Positions 29,501 through 38,849 of a DNA stretch of 64,000 bases are shown one piece after another; the first letter of the stretch is position 1; each line of letters starts with the position of its first letter. A model generated the notes under the pieces. That model was given only the letters and a program-made list of their open reading frames with translations. It did not search any database and had not been told where the DNA came from. The position numbers and the translations under genes are program-made. The stretch is from a virus: IMG/VR virus record IMGVR_UViG_3300020469_002640, positions 1-64,000 of that record; one strand, 5' to 3'.

Positions 29501-29882
29501 CTGCAGCTACTTCTGCTCCTGAATAGAACATATCAGAACCATCATCTACTAATGATGATGCTAAATTTCCTGCCATAGAAGCTCCTATTCCTCCGCCACC
29601 TGCTTCGCCCCCGATACCATCAGCTGCCGCGTCACCTGCGCCTCCTTCTCCAGGAACTACATAATTTCGTGTTTGAGCATTATATCCTATTGATCCTTCA
29701 GGAGCTCCTTTTCCAATATTCATTTCATACCCAAATGGCATATCAATATTGTCCATTTCAGCATCAAAACCTTTGTCTCCTGTTAAAGTTCTTCCTACCC
29801 AATCTCTACTTAAAAAGCCTCCAGGCTGGTACTTACGTATTTTTGAATATAAACTAGGTGCTATTTTTTTATTTTTTTTCAT
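26568..29882 (-). CDS. Virion cargo protein with C-terminal CHAP/NlpC-P60-like (TIGR02594-type) peptidoglycan hydrolase domain
   Basis: C-term AWCAGF...SARSF...IGDVVVMWR...GHVGFY...LGGNQ (Cys/His dyad). crAss-type cargo motif GNRHSQGGI..EVERGET and repeated xxGG motifs. Confidence 0.8.
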   Translation of the reverse strand: MKKNKKIAPSLYSKIRKYQPGGFLSRDWVGRTLTGDKGFDAEMDNIDMPFGYEMNIGKGAPEGSIGYNAQTRNYVVPGEGGAGDAAADGIGGEAGGGGIGASMAGNLASSLVDDGSDMFYSGAEVAADAGRLLSGDLSAGVDIVKSVLGRGKARKEDRLQTTLIGDELTAMNRDETRKELERIGSTTTDMGNTMSTGEGSYGVRVKEGGMKYKQGDFKLGNVGRSNAYSGGGSGYLGSTFENVNVTEDEYNTLKNPGYNVGLYGGTKLHSKGTFADNPHNPDVENQTTYMRGTKETVLPREQRLGINPLDQRGAQFADQIPDRIKYRSEAHATYLNDKQMMREQDKRRRFQQGLVDATEAGKEKKYLKNYNRDAKRFEKRGNTESGFRNLMRKIISPIIPKWGTEYANEDAKFEYEKGYKQGGMKLEGGSMMPIPGSDAVQFMGNRHSQGGIIDGDSEVERGETKDGVSSAKHGGMEMPYYFSDYVNVDGSKRYGGHSFADAHKKLLKEGGSQSEIDALAAAQDKAAGRNSKVAGYAQMGNFKNLSMPQDNTLVDSPVLLQSYSDRLSAFVDRDRSKPTTEAMLESVRGPGTEKENFAKNFRQAGDFTYYDTGASYFGPGESPYMYNMSDFNEDGSVINPLTGDTVDVIGSYDSDNPELGVNNNINTSNNTTISKGVNTSGNTTTYGDIINPYAKSDKLALAASMIAPIAAYTANTPQMQAVGDVTAVETPKLKYQKFDRERAINENDFQKVVQFVKTSGGGPADMINLMSAYERKMDANAGVTDREVKSRTTIDNMQAELGMKADTINVGNELSVKQLKQDANKFNVQMQADQQANKIGAVETAAANLVTANRDKKAFDATILMANAIDGGSGVLGRALSPEEQQQAIEDYMKSGKVLNSNQVNTQSNNNPGNADNAAQVIQTATGTNSDTAQEILASNDNMTLAKAFLGKNETDHTGLLTEIINNYAGTAKIDNPYKTAWCAGFTASVLGMNGYEHAGTASARSFANDKNSVPVAADDYQIGDVVVMWRDPKGKYDDMTSARERSDKANTGHVGFYAGTDENGNIIVLGGNQGSKGGGGVTEATFDPNRILAVRRYSHSASV

Positions 29883-29883
29883 A

Positions 29884-32800
29884 TTATCTTATGTATTTGC
29901 GCATTCCGGCATTGAAGGAATACAAATTTACAAAATTTTGATTTAAATTATTAAATGTTAGACGAATACCTAAATAGGTGTCAGCAAATTTTCTTTGCAA
30001 GTTCCACGGTTTAGCAGGATCAATATACATATTATGTGTATTTATTCCATACGCACCATTAACTTGCCAAGTAGCTTCAAACATATCATGCACATCCTGG
30101 TTACCTACCCAATCTACTGCCTGAGAAGTTGTAGTAAGAGAATCCCATTCTAATTGAGTATCAGCATTTGATTCTGGAAAACCAGAAGTTAATACTCCTG
30201 CAGGTGCATATGCTGTAGGAGTCATTGCAAAAGTTTCATTAGTTGGATTGCTATAAGAAGCACTTTGAAAATGTGTGGTATATAAAGCAGCTTTATCTCT
30301 AAATTTATTTATTTGCCATTTGTGTGCTATTTTTCTAACATTTTCTAAATAAGCAATTTCAGTTTTTCCTGAATGCTGAGTACTATTATATACAAAGAAA
30401 GATGTAAACCCGTCTTTATCTAATCTTTTGTACCTAACATCTCTTAAATTTCCAACTCCATACTCATCTGAAGCTCTATCAAACACTTCTGTTTCATATG
30501 ATATATTTGAAAATATTTTTGATACATCTCTTTGTTTTGGACTATTAATAACAGCCTCTACTTCAAAAGGATATGTAAATGCTTCTACATTTAATATTTT
30601 ATTTATAGGATACATCAATGAATTTTCTGTTCTTGGAGCGCAAAGATAAAAAGCTCCAGGTGTGTATACAGAATTGTGAGACCACAATCTCCAAGAATGC
30701 ATATTATGAACACCATTCCAACCTGTAGCTCCGTTTCCTGTCCAACCATCAGTTAAAAACACAAGCTCTCCGCTTTCTCCAGCTAGCATACTAGCACCTT
30801 CAACTAAAGAATAGTTATGAGTAGTACGCTCCCAAAAAGGATTAGGAAGCTCTTCCCAATTAAAGAAACTACAAAGTCCTGAAAATTCTCCTGAACCACT
30901 TTTATACGTGTATAAATGAGGTAAGTAATCATGAAAAGATCCCCACACATTTTGCTCTGGATAAAAAGAAATTGTCCATCCTACTCTAGCCCATAATTGT
31001 CTAGGCCGATCATCTTCGTCTGTTCTTGCTAACGGAGGTATTGATCTATCTGGCCTACCCTGTATAACATTGCTATCTTTAAAAGATTGTAACTTTACAC
31101 TTATGTCTATAGGAACTTCAATGTTTATAAAATCTTCTTCGTTTTTTACTGTAAAATCTAAAGTGTCAATTATCCTATCTGAAGTATACAATTTGTAAGA
31201 GTATTCAGGCTTATTACTAGAAGATATATCATTTAAACTTCCGTCAAAATTTTCTTCTGCTGTAAATGTTAACGTTTGGCTTTCAGTTCTCCACATTTTT
31301 TCTATCTTATATGTACCATTAGATACAACTCTTTCTACATACTCGCCTCCATAATGGACTTTAAGACTACCTGTAGTCATTCCAGATACTGTAAACTGTG
31401 TGATAATTTTTCTATTAGAAACAGTATTTAACTCCTGTCGTAAAGCATTTGACCCTGCGCCACTGTGTGTTATTTTATTATCTTTTATTTGCCATTTTGT
31501 ATTGTCATACGCCCACGCATCAAATGCAACGTCTTTTATAGAAACAGACTGAACATATAAAGTATCTCCTCTATCAGCCTTTCCTCCAAAAATACTAAGT
31601 TTATATGACTCTCTATTTCCTGTTTTAAAGTTTACACCAGTTGTAGTATATACACTTTGATTAGTCACTACATGAAATATGTCATCTTCTCCTAAAGCTC
31701 CAGGTAAATTTATTCTAATACCTTTAGCACCTTTCCAAGTTATAATTAATATATAGTCTGTATAAGGTTCAAGAGAAACTTTATCTAAATAGAAAAAAGG
31801 ATCATCTGGACCGTAATCCATTTGGAATGTACCAGATGATAATGCTCTAGAAGATGCGTCTTGTGCTATTTCATAGTAAAAATCTGCAGATGTATTTTGA
31901 CTACTAGAAAAATCTGTAGCATCAGAAAAGTCAGTTATAGGTAATAGTTCATTTCCATAACCAAAATCTCCATTTTCAACTTTTTCTACTCCAGGAAAAA
32001 CTTGTAACTCAAATATTTTTTCAGATGGATTATATACAATTTTACCTTCTCTATTACTTCTGCTTCTTGTTCTTCCATATGGTTCAAAAAAGTCTTTACC
32101 TTCTAGTGTAGGCAACAAAGCTCTTTTTGTTAAAAGTATTCTTTGATTTCTTTCATCCCATCCACTTACAAAACCTACACCTAGTATAGGACTATCTGGC
32201 AGCCTATAGTTCCATTTATCAGAACTAAGATTTTCTTGGAACCAAGATTCCATTCCAAGCTTACTTATTTCAACAAGTTTTTGTCCTGCCATAAATATTT
32301 TATTATTTCTTTGATCAATAAAGAAATATCCATATTTAGTAATTAACGTTGAATACTGAGATTGTGTACCTCCATATCCTTCTTCTGTTTGTAAAAACTC
32401 ATCAGGGTCTTGTGAAAATATATCTCCTGAACCTATAAATGCTTCTGACCCATCTTTCATAGTCATAGTTTGTTTACCTTTTGTAAGCAGCAAACTATCT
32501 TCCATGTGTATATATAAAAGATTATTAAACGCAGCTAGGTTCCATAACTCTCCTCTATTTTTAGGCATATCTTTGTAGTCGTTTGCTAAAAAATGTCTAA
32601 AGTTATCAGTAAGACTTCCAGGATCTGATTTTGTAGATCTTTGAACTCTAGTAGTAAAAACTGTAGGAGCAGCTATTAAATTTGGTAATGCAAACGCAGG
32701 TCGCGTATCATTTACTTTTGAATAATCTATGTTATACTTTATACTAGGCTGCGATGTTAAATCATAATATGTAGAAGGGTCGTAATGTTTTCCATCTCTA

Positions 32801-35800
32801 TCTTGTATTGCTACTTCTTTAAAAGAAGACCCAGGAACATATACGGATTCTTTACCTTCATCGTGTCTAAAGTTTACGTTGTCAGTAGTTTCAATAATAG
32901 ACATAATTGCAGAAATTCTACATCTAGGATCCATTGTACTTATACGTGGAGATAAGGTTTGTCTAAATCCATATCTACATAAAAATATATCTCCTCCAAA
33001 TATTCCATGCTCAAAATGCACAGGATTAGCCCACCCATGTATTTCTGGGTTGTATTGGCCATTTGGAGCTGACGAATATTCTGTAAAGTATGTACTAGCT
33101 GTACTTTGTTGGACAGCAGCTGTACTGTATCCTCCAACTAGCCCGTTAATATTATCTAATTGTACTGCTAACTCTTGCTCTATAGCCTCAGCTGGATCTA
33201 CAAAATTATATAAGTCTCTTCCTACTATTTGAAAACCTGTCCAAACTAAGTTTTGACTATCTATAGTATTATATACATCTGTTTTAAAAGCTTCTAAGTT
33301 TACAGTACGAACTTGAGTTGCAGCATTGCTTAAATATACAGATTTATAATCTGACTTATTTGTTCTAATACCATTGTAATCATCTATATTAAGGCTCCCT
33401 ACTTCATTTGTTACGCCTATTGCCATATGTGTTTCGCCGCCTCTATTATATAGTCTATACCCAAACCCTGCAGCAGTTGCAGTTAGTACTGTATTTCCTT
33501 CTACATATGTTTTACATCTTTCTTTTATTACATAATTTACAAGGCTTGGAAGTACTGAAGTACTTTTAGAAATATAAAAATTAGACTTTATTAATTCAAA
33601 ATTACAAGCACTATCTACATCTAACTCGTGCAAAACTCCAGGTCCTAAAAATACATTGTGCGTTGTTATTGTTTGCACTGAAATGTGTGTAGCAGGCGAT
33701 ATAGAATCTTGAGTTCGTAAAAGTTCAAAATTATAAAAAGAAAGTACATTAGTTTTTCTTTCATCATTTTTATGGTCACCAATTTCTAAAGGCAACTTTA
33801 CCCAAAAAGGTTGGCTACTACTAACTCCTTCAGCTGGATCGTTAGGACATCCTCCAAGTCTTCCTGTTTTTTTAAAATAAGGAACAACAGGGCCTTGTCC
33901 TAAAATTCTTTTATTTTTATGATCTCGTTTTGCGTGATAAATTCTAAATCCTTGAACTTTTCTTGCTATTTCTATAGGTATTTTAATATCAGTAAGATCA
34001 AATCCTAACACACGAACAGTATCGCTAACTACTCCTCCATCTGTAATTGTATGACAATAACCAGGCAAGTCAGGATTTTTAACTTTCATCCATCCTTCAT
34101 CAAAACTACCGCCTAAAGCATTAGAGACATTTGAATCATTTGGATAGTCAGCAGAGCTAAACTGCTCAGCAAACCAGCTTCCAATTGCATCAGCTAGTCC
34201 GCCTCCCGCCCAGTTAGGAATTCCTGAATCTATATAATACGACTCATGTGACACAAGTATCCAATCATTATCTTCTTGTATAGAAACTACAAGGCCATTA
34301 TAAGTTCCACTTCCTGTAGCCCAATCAGCCATGTCCCAATATATTTCATATGTAGTACCTACTTCAATAGTAGTAGGCATATGATCAACATGAAATGCTG
34401 TCATGGCAGCCATCATGTATGTAGGTATTGCATCGCCATTTTCATCTATCCATGTTAGTCCTAGTGAATTTATATCACTGTCTGTAATTGCTATATCATC
34501 AAATGTCCATTTAATATCAGGAGCGTCTGGATCTGCTAGTGACGGTGAGCTAGTACTAGTATGTTTAATAGCTGCAAACTCATTATGTGAATTTTTAGGA
34601 AAATGATGATGTCTAACTCTTGCAGGTTTTCCATTTTCATCTTTATATGCAGGATGTGCAAATGCAGGAGTAGAAGGATAAAACTCAGTTTCGTTTTCCC
34701 AATAATTCATATTGTTTGAATTTGGTTCCTGACTATAAGATTTAACATGGAAATTTTTTACATTTCCTAGTTTCATTATTTCTGCTGCATCAGCCCCCTG
34801 AAGATCAGTAGCACTAGTATCTAAATCATATTTTTCATCTAGTATAGCTTCTCGCCCAGGAATGTGATATGCATATGACATGCTACCATCATTAAGTATA
34901 AAAGCAATATAAAAAGCATATACTTCACCGCGCATATACCCTCTACGCTTATAACAATTCCAAGGATCTCTATATCCGTTTGATTTGTCTGCTTCTAAAG
35001 GCTCAACTTCTATAAAGCCATTTTCAATGTTATCTGTAATTAATGAGTATGGATCAAAATTGGAAATCTCTTTAACTGTAGCAGTTAATTTAATATCTGC
35101 TGCATAAGGTTGAAAACCTATATCTTTTGTTCCTGTTAAATTTCCTAAATATAAAACATCATCTAACTGCGTCATAGTTTTTACAGTGTCATAAGATACT
35201 TCATCAATTATTACATCTTCTACAGACGTAGAAATATATCCTTCTGTTCCTGAAAAACTTATGTCTATATGTTTATCCCACTGCTCCATACCATCCTGGC
35301 CTATTATTGCAGGATTTAAATTATTAAATGATACTTCTATATCATGCAATTGAAATGCAAATCTTTGATCTTCAATACTTTGTATAACAACTGGACGTAT
35401 AAATTTATAACAGTCGTTTATATTATTTACTCTCCATTTTATAGACTTTCCTGATTGACTTCCTGCTGCAGCACCATCATATCTTTCAATAGGCGTAACA
35501 CTTTCTACATCTTCTACAATTGGTACAGGATTATCTACTACTACAAAATTAGTTACAGTTAAATCTACATCTACATATGCTAAAGCTAATTGATACGTAC
35601 CTGTTACTAATGCCCCTCCAGAAGTTACACTGTGTAAGTTTATATTAGGAACAGGACCGCTGTGTGTAAATAAATTTAATTGATCTACATAGTTTTTATT
35701 AGTAGTATCAATCCATTTATTTGCATATATTAAACCAGGATTACCTAAACGATCTTGTCTGCTTACATTTAAAGTTCTAGGAGGATTTAAATTATCTGTC

Positions 35801-36297
35801 CAATAAACTATAAGATCTTCGTTTGCATTAATTTTATACGTTCCTGTTATAGGATATGACGCATCAAATTTTAAATTAATATCTACAGGAACTCCTGCTG
35901 CGTTTATAAACCCATTTTCCATTACTGCTCCCCATTCCGCATCACTTTCGTCACCATAAGGAAGATTTAAAAGCGTTGTATATTGATTATTACTACGAAT
36001 AATTCCTATTTCAGATCTAGCATAATGAGCGCTTTGAGTAATCTCTTCAGTTTCAGGATTTATAAAAGTATATCTATTTACAGAAAATACAATAATTTCA
36101 TCATTAGTAGTTTCTATAGTTCCAATAACTTTGTATCCAGGCAGCTTTCCTATATTAGGTCCTTCTTGAGTACCTTTTTCATTACTAACAGCACCATCAA
36201 CGTTATTAATAATTGCATTTCTTGCATACCGCCACGTTCCTTCAGGTTGATCTGAAGGATGCGTATCTCTATGCATTCCTTTTGTAAGTCTACCCAT
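29884..36297 (-). CDS. Tail stabilisation / muzzle protein (P22 gp10-like, crAss type)
   Basis: N-term KGMHRDTHPSDQPEGTWRYARNA, VYWTDNLNPPRTLN, GYMRGEVYAFYI, GGDIFLCRY, GYGGTQSQ, WTISFYP..NVWGSFHDY. Beta-propeller-like, downstream of a ring protein. Confidence 0.85.
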   Translation of the reverse strand: MGRLTKGMHRDTHPSDQPEGTWRYARNAIINNVDGAVSNEKGTQEGPNIGKLPGYKVIGTIETTNDEIIVFSVNRYTFINPETEEITQSAHYARSEIGIIRSNNQYTTLLNLPYGDESDAEWGAVMENGFINAAGVPVDINLKFDASYPITGTYKINANEDLIVYWTDNLNPPRTLNVSRQDRLGNPGLIYANKWIDTTNKNYVDQLNLFTHSGPVPNINLHSVTSGGALVTGTYQLALAYVDVDLTVTNFVVVDNPVPIVEDVESVTPIERYDGAAAGSQSGKSIKWRVNNINDCYKFIRPVVIQSIEDQRFAFQLHDIEVSFNNLNPAIIGQDGMEQWDKHIDISFSGTEGYISTSVEDVIIDEVSYDTVKTMTQLDDVLYLGNLTGTKDIGFQPYAADIKLTATVKEISNFDPYSLITDNIENGFIEVEPLEADKSNGYRDPWNCYKRRGYMRGEVYAFYIAFILNDGSMSYAYHIPGREAILDEKYDLDTSATDLQGADAAEIMKLGNVKNFHVKSYSQEPNSNNMNYWENETEFYPSTPAFAHPAYKDENGKPARVRHHHFPKNSHNEFAAIKHTSTSSPSLADPDAPDIKWTFDDIAITDSDINSLGLTWIDENGDAIPTYMMAAMTAFHVDHMPTTIEVGTTYEIYWDMADWATGSGTYNGLVVSIQEDNDWILVSHESYYIDSGIPNWAGGGLADAIGSWFAEQFSSADYPNDSNVSNALGGSFDEGWMKVKNPDLPGYCHTITDGGVVSDTVRVLGFDLTDIKIPIEIARKVQGFRIYHAKRDHKNKRILGQGPVVPYFKKTGRLGGCPNDPAEGVSSSQPFWVKLPLEIGDHKNDERKTNVLSFYNFELLRTQDSISPATHISVQTITTHNVFLGPGVLHELDVDSACNFELIKSNFYISKSTSVLPSLVNYVIKERCKTYVEGNTVLTATAAGFGYRLYNRGGETHMAIGVTNEVGSLNIDDYNGIRTNKSDYKSVYLSNAATQVRTVNLEAFKTDVYNTIDSQNLVWTGFQIVGRDLYNFVDPAEAIEQELAVQLDNINGLVGGYSTAAVQQSTASTYFTEYSSAPNGQYNPEIHGWANPVHFEHGIFGGDIFLCRYGFRQTLSPRISTMDPRCRISAIMSIIETTDNVNFRHDEGKESVYVPGSSFKEVAIQDRDGKHYDPSTYYDLTSQPSIKYNIDYSKVNDTRPAFALPNLIAAPTVFTTRVQRSTKSDPGSLTDNFRHFLANDYKDMPKNRGELWNLAAFNNLLYIHMEDSLLLTKGKQTMTMKDGSEAFIGSGDIFSQDPDEFLQTEEGYGGTQSQYSTLITKYGYFFIDQRNNKIFMAGQKLVEISKLGMESWFQENLSSDKWNYRLPDSPILGVGFVSGWDERNQRILLTKRALLPTLEGKDFFEPYGRTRSRSNREGKIVYNPSEKIFELQVFPGVEKVENGDFGYGNELLPITDFSDATDFSSSQNTSADFYYEIAQDASSRALSSGTFQMDYGPDDPFFYLDKVSLEPYTDYILIITWKGAKGIRINLPGALGEDDIFHVVTNQSVYTTTGVNFKTGNRESYKLSIFGGKADRGDTLYVQSVSIKDVAFDAWAYDNTKWQIKDNKITHSGAGSNALRQELNTVSNRKIITQFTVSGMTTGSLKVHYGGEYVERVVSNGTYKIEKMWRTESQTLTFTAEENFDGSLNDISSSNKPEYSYKLYTSDRIIDTLDFTVKNEEDFINIEVPIDISVKLQSFKDSNVIQGRPDRSIPPLARTDEDDRPRQLWARVGWTISFYPEQNVWGSFHDYLPHLYTYKSGSGEFSGLCSFFNWEELPNPFWERTTHNYSLVEGASMLAGESGELVFLTDGWTGNGATGWNGVHNMHSWRLWSHNSVYTPGAFYLCAPRTENSLMYPINKILNVEAFTYPFEVEAVINSPKQRDVSKIFSNISYETEVFDRASDEYGVGNLRDVRYKRLDKDGFTSFFVYNSTQHSGKTEIAYLENVRKIAHKWQINKFRDKAALYTTHFQSASYSNPTNETFAMTPTAYAPAGVLTSGFPESNADTQLEWDSLTTTSQAVDWVGNQDVHDMFEATWQVNGAYGINTHNMYIDPAKPWNLQRKFADTYLGIRLTFNNLNQNFVNLYSFNAGMRKYIR

Positions 36298-37232
36298 TAC
36301 CCTCTATATAATGTTTCTCGTTCATTCATATTTTCAAAAAATGCTGCATGTCTATTTAAATTAGGAACCAGTCTAACCCACTGATTCATAAACGACTCAT
36401 ACCTATCTATGTCTGGATAGTTAGCAGCGTTTCTAGCTTGAGTACAATATTGTTTCCATTTTTGGTCTGCAAAATTATAATCTATTTTGTTGCTAGGCTT
36501 GTTAAATCCTCCTAATAACATTTGTTTATATACATACCAAAACATAGCTTCTTTATAACTAACATCGTCTGGAATCAAAGGATAACAATCTTCGTCAGTT
36601 GGAAGCGCCATATAACTTAAACATACTTTACCTTCCATAAAAGATGTTTTAATATAATCTGCATCTACTATGTAAGAGTCTTCGCTTTGTGCAAATTCAT
36701 TTACACACTCATCGCAATGCATACTTTTATGGAACGTACCTGCACCATATTTTAAAGGCTCTAACCTTGCACCATTTCCAAAATAAATATTTTCAAGCAC
36801 TAGCATTCTACTTTGCAGCTCTCTAAGTTCTAACACATTAGATTTATACTGAGTATCAAATTGATTTAAATCTGCAGTAACTAGCGTAGAAGATGTTAAA
36901 GTTTCTAAATCTGCATTATATTCTCTAATATCATCTCTAAGACTTTTTATTTGAGTTACTAATGTGTCTAGCTCTGTGCTCTTTGCAGGGCTAACAGATT
37001 CGTTAACTGCAACTTGATTTATATAATACAAATCTTCAGGCAGTAGGCATTTGTTATTTTTAATAGTTAACACAGTTTGTTTTTGAACAAGTTGTGTGGC
37101 TGCTCCAATATGTTCAAGAGCTTCTCCTATCCATTCTACAGCATCTGTTACCCAATCTGCATTATTAGGTTTAAGATCTCTCATAACCTTTCTAATTACA
37201 CATTTGCATGATGTATTTTTATATACTGCCAT
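36297..37232 (-). CDS. Tail tubular / ring protein (P22 gp4-like)
   Basis: WIGEALEHIG, YIKTSFMEGKVCLSYMALPTDEDCYPLIPD..YKEAMFWY; immediately upstream of the muzzle gene. Confidence 0.8.
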   Translation of the reverse strand: MAVYKNTSCKCVIRKVMRDLKPNNADWVTDAVEWIGEALEHIGAATQLVQKQTVLTIKNNKCLLPEDLYYINQVAVNESVSPAKSTELDTLVTQIKSLRDDIREYNADLETLTSSTLVTADLNQFDTQYKSNVLELRELQSRMLVLENIYFGNGARLEPLKYGAGTFHKSMHCDECVNEFAQSEDSYIVDADYIKTSFMEGKVCLSYMALPTDEDCYPLIPDDVSYKEAMFWYVYKQMLLGGFNKPSNKIDYNFADQKWKQYCTQARNAANYPDIDRYESFMNQWVRLVPNLNRHAAFFENMNERETLYRG

Positions 37233-37243
37233 TGTATTGTATT

Positions 37244-37414
37244 TTATAAATTATCTAAGTTAGGAGTAGCAGGCTCTAAAAACCCACCATCCATTTTTTT
37301 CTTTTTAACAGGTTTACAAATATCTTTCTTATTTTTAGAATCGTATCCTGCATAGTAATACCCTTTCCAGCAAGCTTTGCCGTCAGAGCCTTTCTTTTTA
37401 CCTTTTCTAGCCAT
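37244..37414 (-). CDS. Small basic protein, 56 aa (not in ORF track): MARKGKKKGSDGKACWKGYYYAGYDSKNKKDICKPVKKKKMDGGFLEPATPNLDNL
   Basis: Hand translation. Fills the intergenic gap, starts just after the previous stop and shares C-terminal GGFLEPA with the neighbouring gene. Confidence 0.8.
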   Translation of the reverse strand: MARKGKKKGSDGKACWKGYYYAGYDSKNKKDICKPVKKKKMDGGFLEPATPNLDNL

Positions 37415-37415
37415 G

Positions 37416-37661
37416 TTAATCTATTCTTTCAATTGCTGGTTCTAAAAACCCGCCTGTTTGGTATCTCATTGGAGAAGCCATTTTTTTCTTCTTTTTCTTT
37501 TTTGTAGCCATTCCGCCTTTCTTTTTATTATTCTTTTTAGCTCCTGCAATTCTATCAGCAGCTGTAGGATTAGGATTATTATCTATTCCTGCTTCTACAC
37601 TAAGCATTCCAAATTTAGAACCACCTTTTTTATAACTTTTCATTTTTTTCATGTAACCCAT
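37416..37661 (-). CDS. Small lysine-rich protein (81 aa), putative internal virion protein
   Basis: Tight packing in the operon; YKKGG, KKKGG and YQTGGFLEPA motifs. Confidence 0.75.
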   Translation of the reverse strand: MGYMKKMKSYKKGGSKFGMLSVEAGIDNNPNPTAADRIAGAKKNNKKKGGMATKKKKKKKMASPMRYQTGGFLEPAIERID

Positions 37662-37663
37662 AA

Positions 37664-38137
37664 TTATTCTTTTTTAAATTTTAAATATGCTAAGTCGTCT
37701 GTTTTTAACAGATTAATTAGTTTTTCTTTATTACCTTTAATACCTCTTGTTGCATCAAACCTATATACAGATTTATTAGGAATTCTACATTTACCCTTAC
37801 GCCAATAAAATTTACAATAATAGCCGTCAGTATAGTATATATGCCACTTAATACCTTGTTCTGTTTCCGCATTGTATAATTCTTTACCTTCTTCTAGTAA
37901 TTCTTTTTTATATTTATTAGACTCTCCCCAATCTACTCTAGGATTGCGAGGGTCTCTTTCTTTTCTAACTATAGATAATGTAGATAAATTATTTCCCATA
38001 TCAAAAGTATTTCCATTTAAAATATCTTTTATAATTTCTATGTTAAATTCTTCACACACATCTCTAAAAAGTTTTTTATCAACAAACTCAACAGCATGTA
38101 CATATTCTTTATATATATCTTGTAAAGTATACGACAT
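37664..38137 (-). CDS. IHF/HU-like protein of crAss-like tail modules
   Basis: Helical N-term then ILNGNTFDMGNNLSTLSIVRK...KFYWRK...YRFDATR; position between ring genes as in crAss-like phages. Confidence 0.7.
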   Translation of the reverse strand: MSYTLQDIYKEYVHAVEFVDKKLFRDVCEEFNIEIIKDILNGNTFDMGNNLSTLSIVRKERDPRNPRVDWGESNKYKKELLEEGKELYNAETEQGIKWHIYYTDGYYCKFYWRKGKCRIPNKSVYRFDATRGIKGNKEKLINLLKTDDLAYLKFKKE

Positions 38138-38844
38138 TAACTACGTTGTTTTTTTGACGATTTTTTAGCTGGCTTAACTGGAGGCGGATCTTGTGCATTA
38201 TCATTTGTAGTATCTGACATTGTTCCAGCTAACAACTGAAGTTCCGTACTAGCAATACCTTGTGTTATCATTTGTATCATATCCATAGGAATAGGAAAAT
38301 CTGAATGCACATCATAACACATTGTTCCATCACAGTCAAAACCTTCTAATGCTTCTGGATCTTCAAATATACCTCTAATGTTAGCATACTGCATTCCATT
38401 TGCATTATATATATACATATAATCTTCAATCATATATGCTCTTTTAGCATTTTTTGCATACTTATCATAAGGCAGCCACTGTACTGTTATAGGATCTACA
38501 ATAGGAATAGTTTCTAAACCTGTTACATCAGATACATGCGTAATAGCGTCTCTAAAATTTAACCTAACTGTTTTAGGTATTTTAACTTGAGATTTGTATA
38601 CATCACAATTTACAGGAAGTTTGCAACACTTTGAAGCATCTACCTTTTTAAATTCAATACACTTAAGATCTTGCTCAAGGTGTCTTGTAATGTTACCATT
38701 TTTAGCAAAGTCTCTTCTAATAAACATTGCTCTGTAATACTTAATATTAAATTTTAGCTGAGCTATAGAAATATTTTCTCCAGTATTAGATCTACCTCCT
38801 CTAACTAAATTTAAAATGTTGTACGCTATTTCGTCTAGTGTCAT
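38137..38844 (-). CDS. Tail ring protein
   Basis: MTLDEIAYNIL...YRAMFIRRD...YMYIYN...RGIFEDP...FPIPMDMIQMI, the crAss-type ring protein pattern. Confidence 0.7.
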   Translation of the reverse strand: MTLDEIAYNILNLVRGGRSNTGENISIAQLKFNIKYYRAMFIRRDFAKNGNITRHLEQDLKCIEFKKVDASKCCKLPVNCDVYKSQVKIPKTVRLNFRDAITHVSDVTGLETIPIVDPITVQWLPYDKYAKNAKRAYMIEDYMYIYNANGMQYANIRGIFEDPEALEGFDCDGTMCYDVHSDFPIPMDMIQMITQGIASTELQLLAGTMSDTTNDNAQDPPPVKPAKKSSKKQRS

Positions 38845-38849
38845 GTTTC

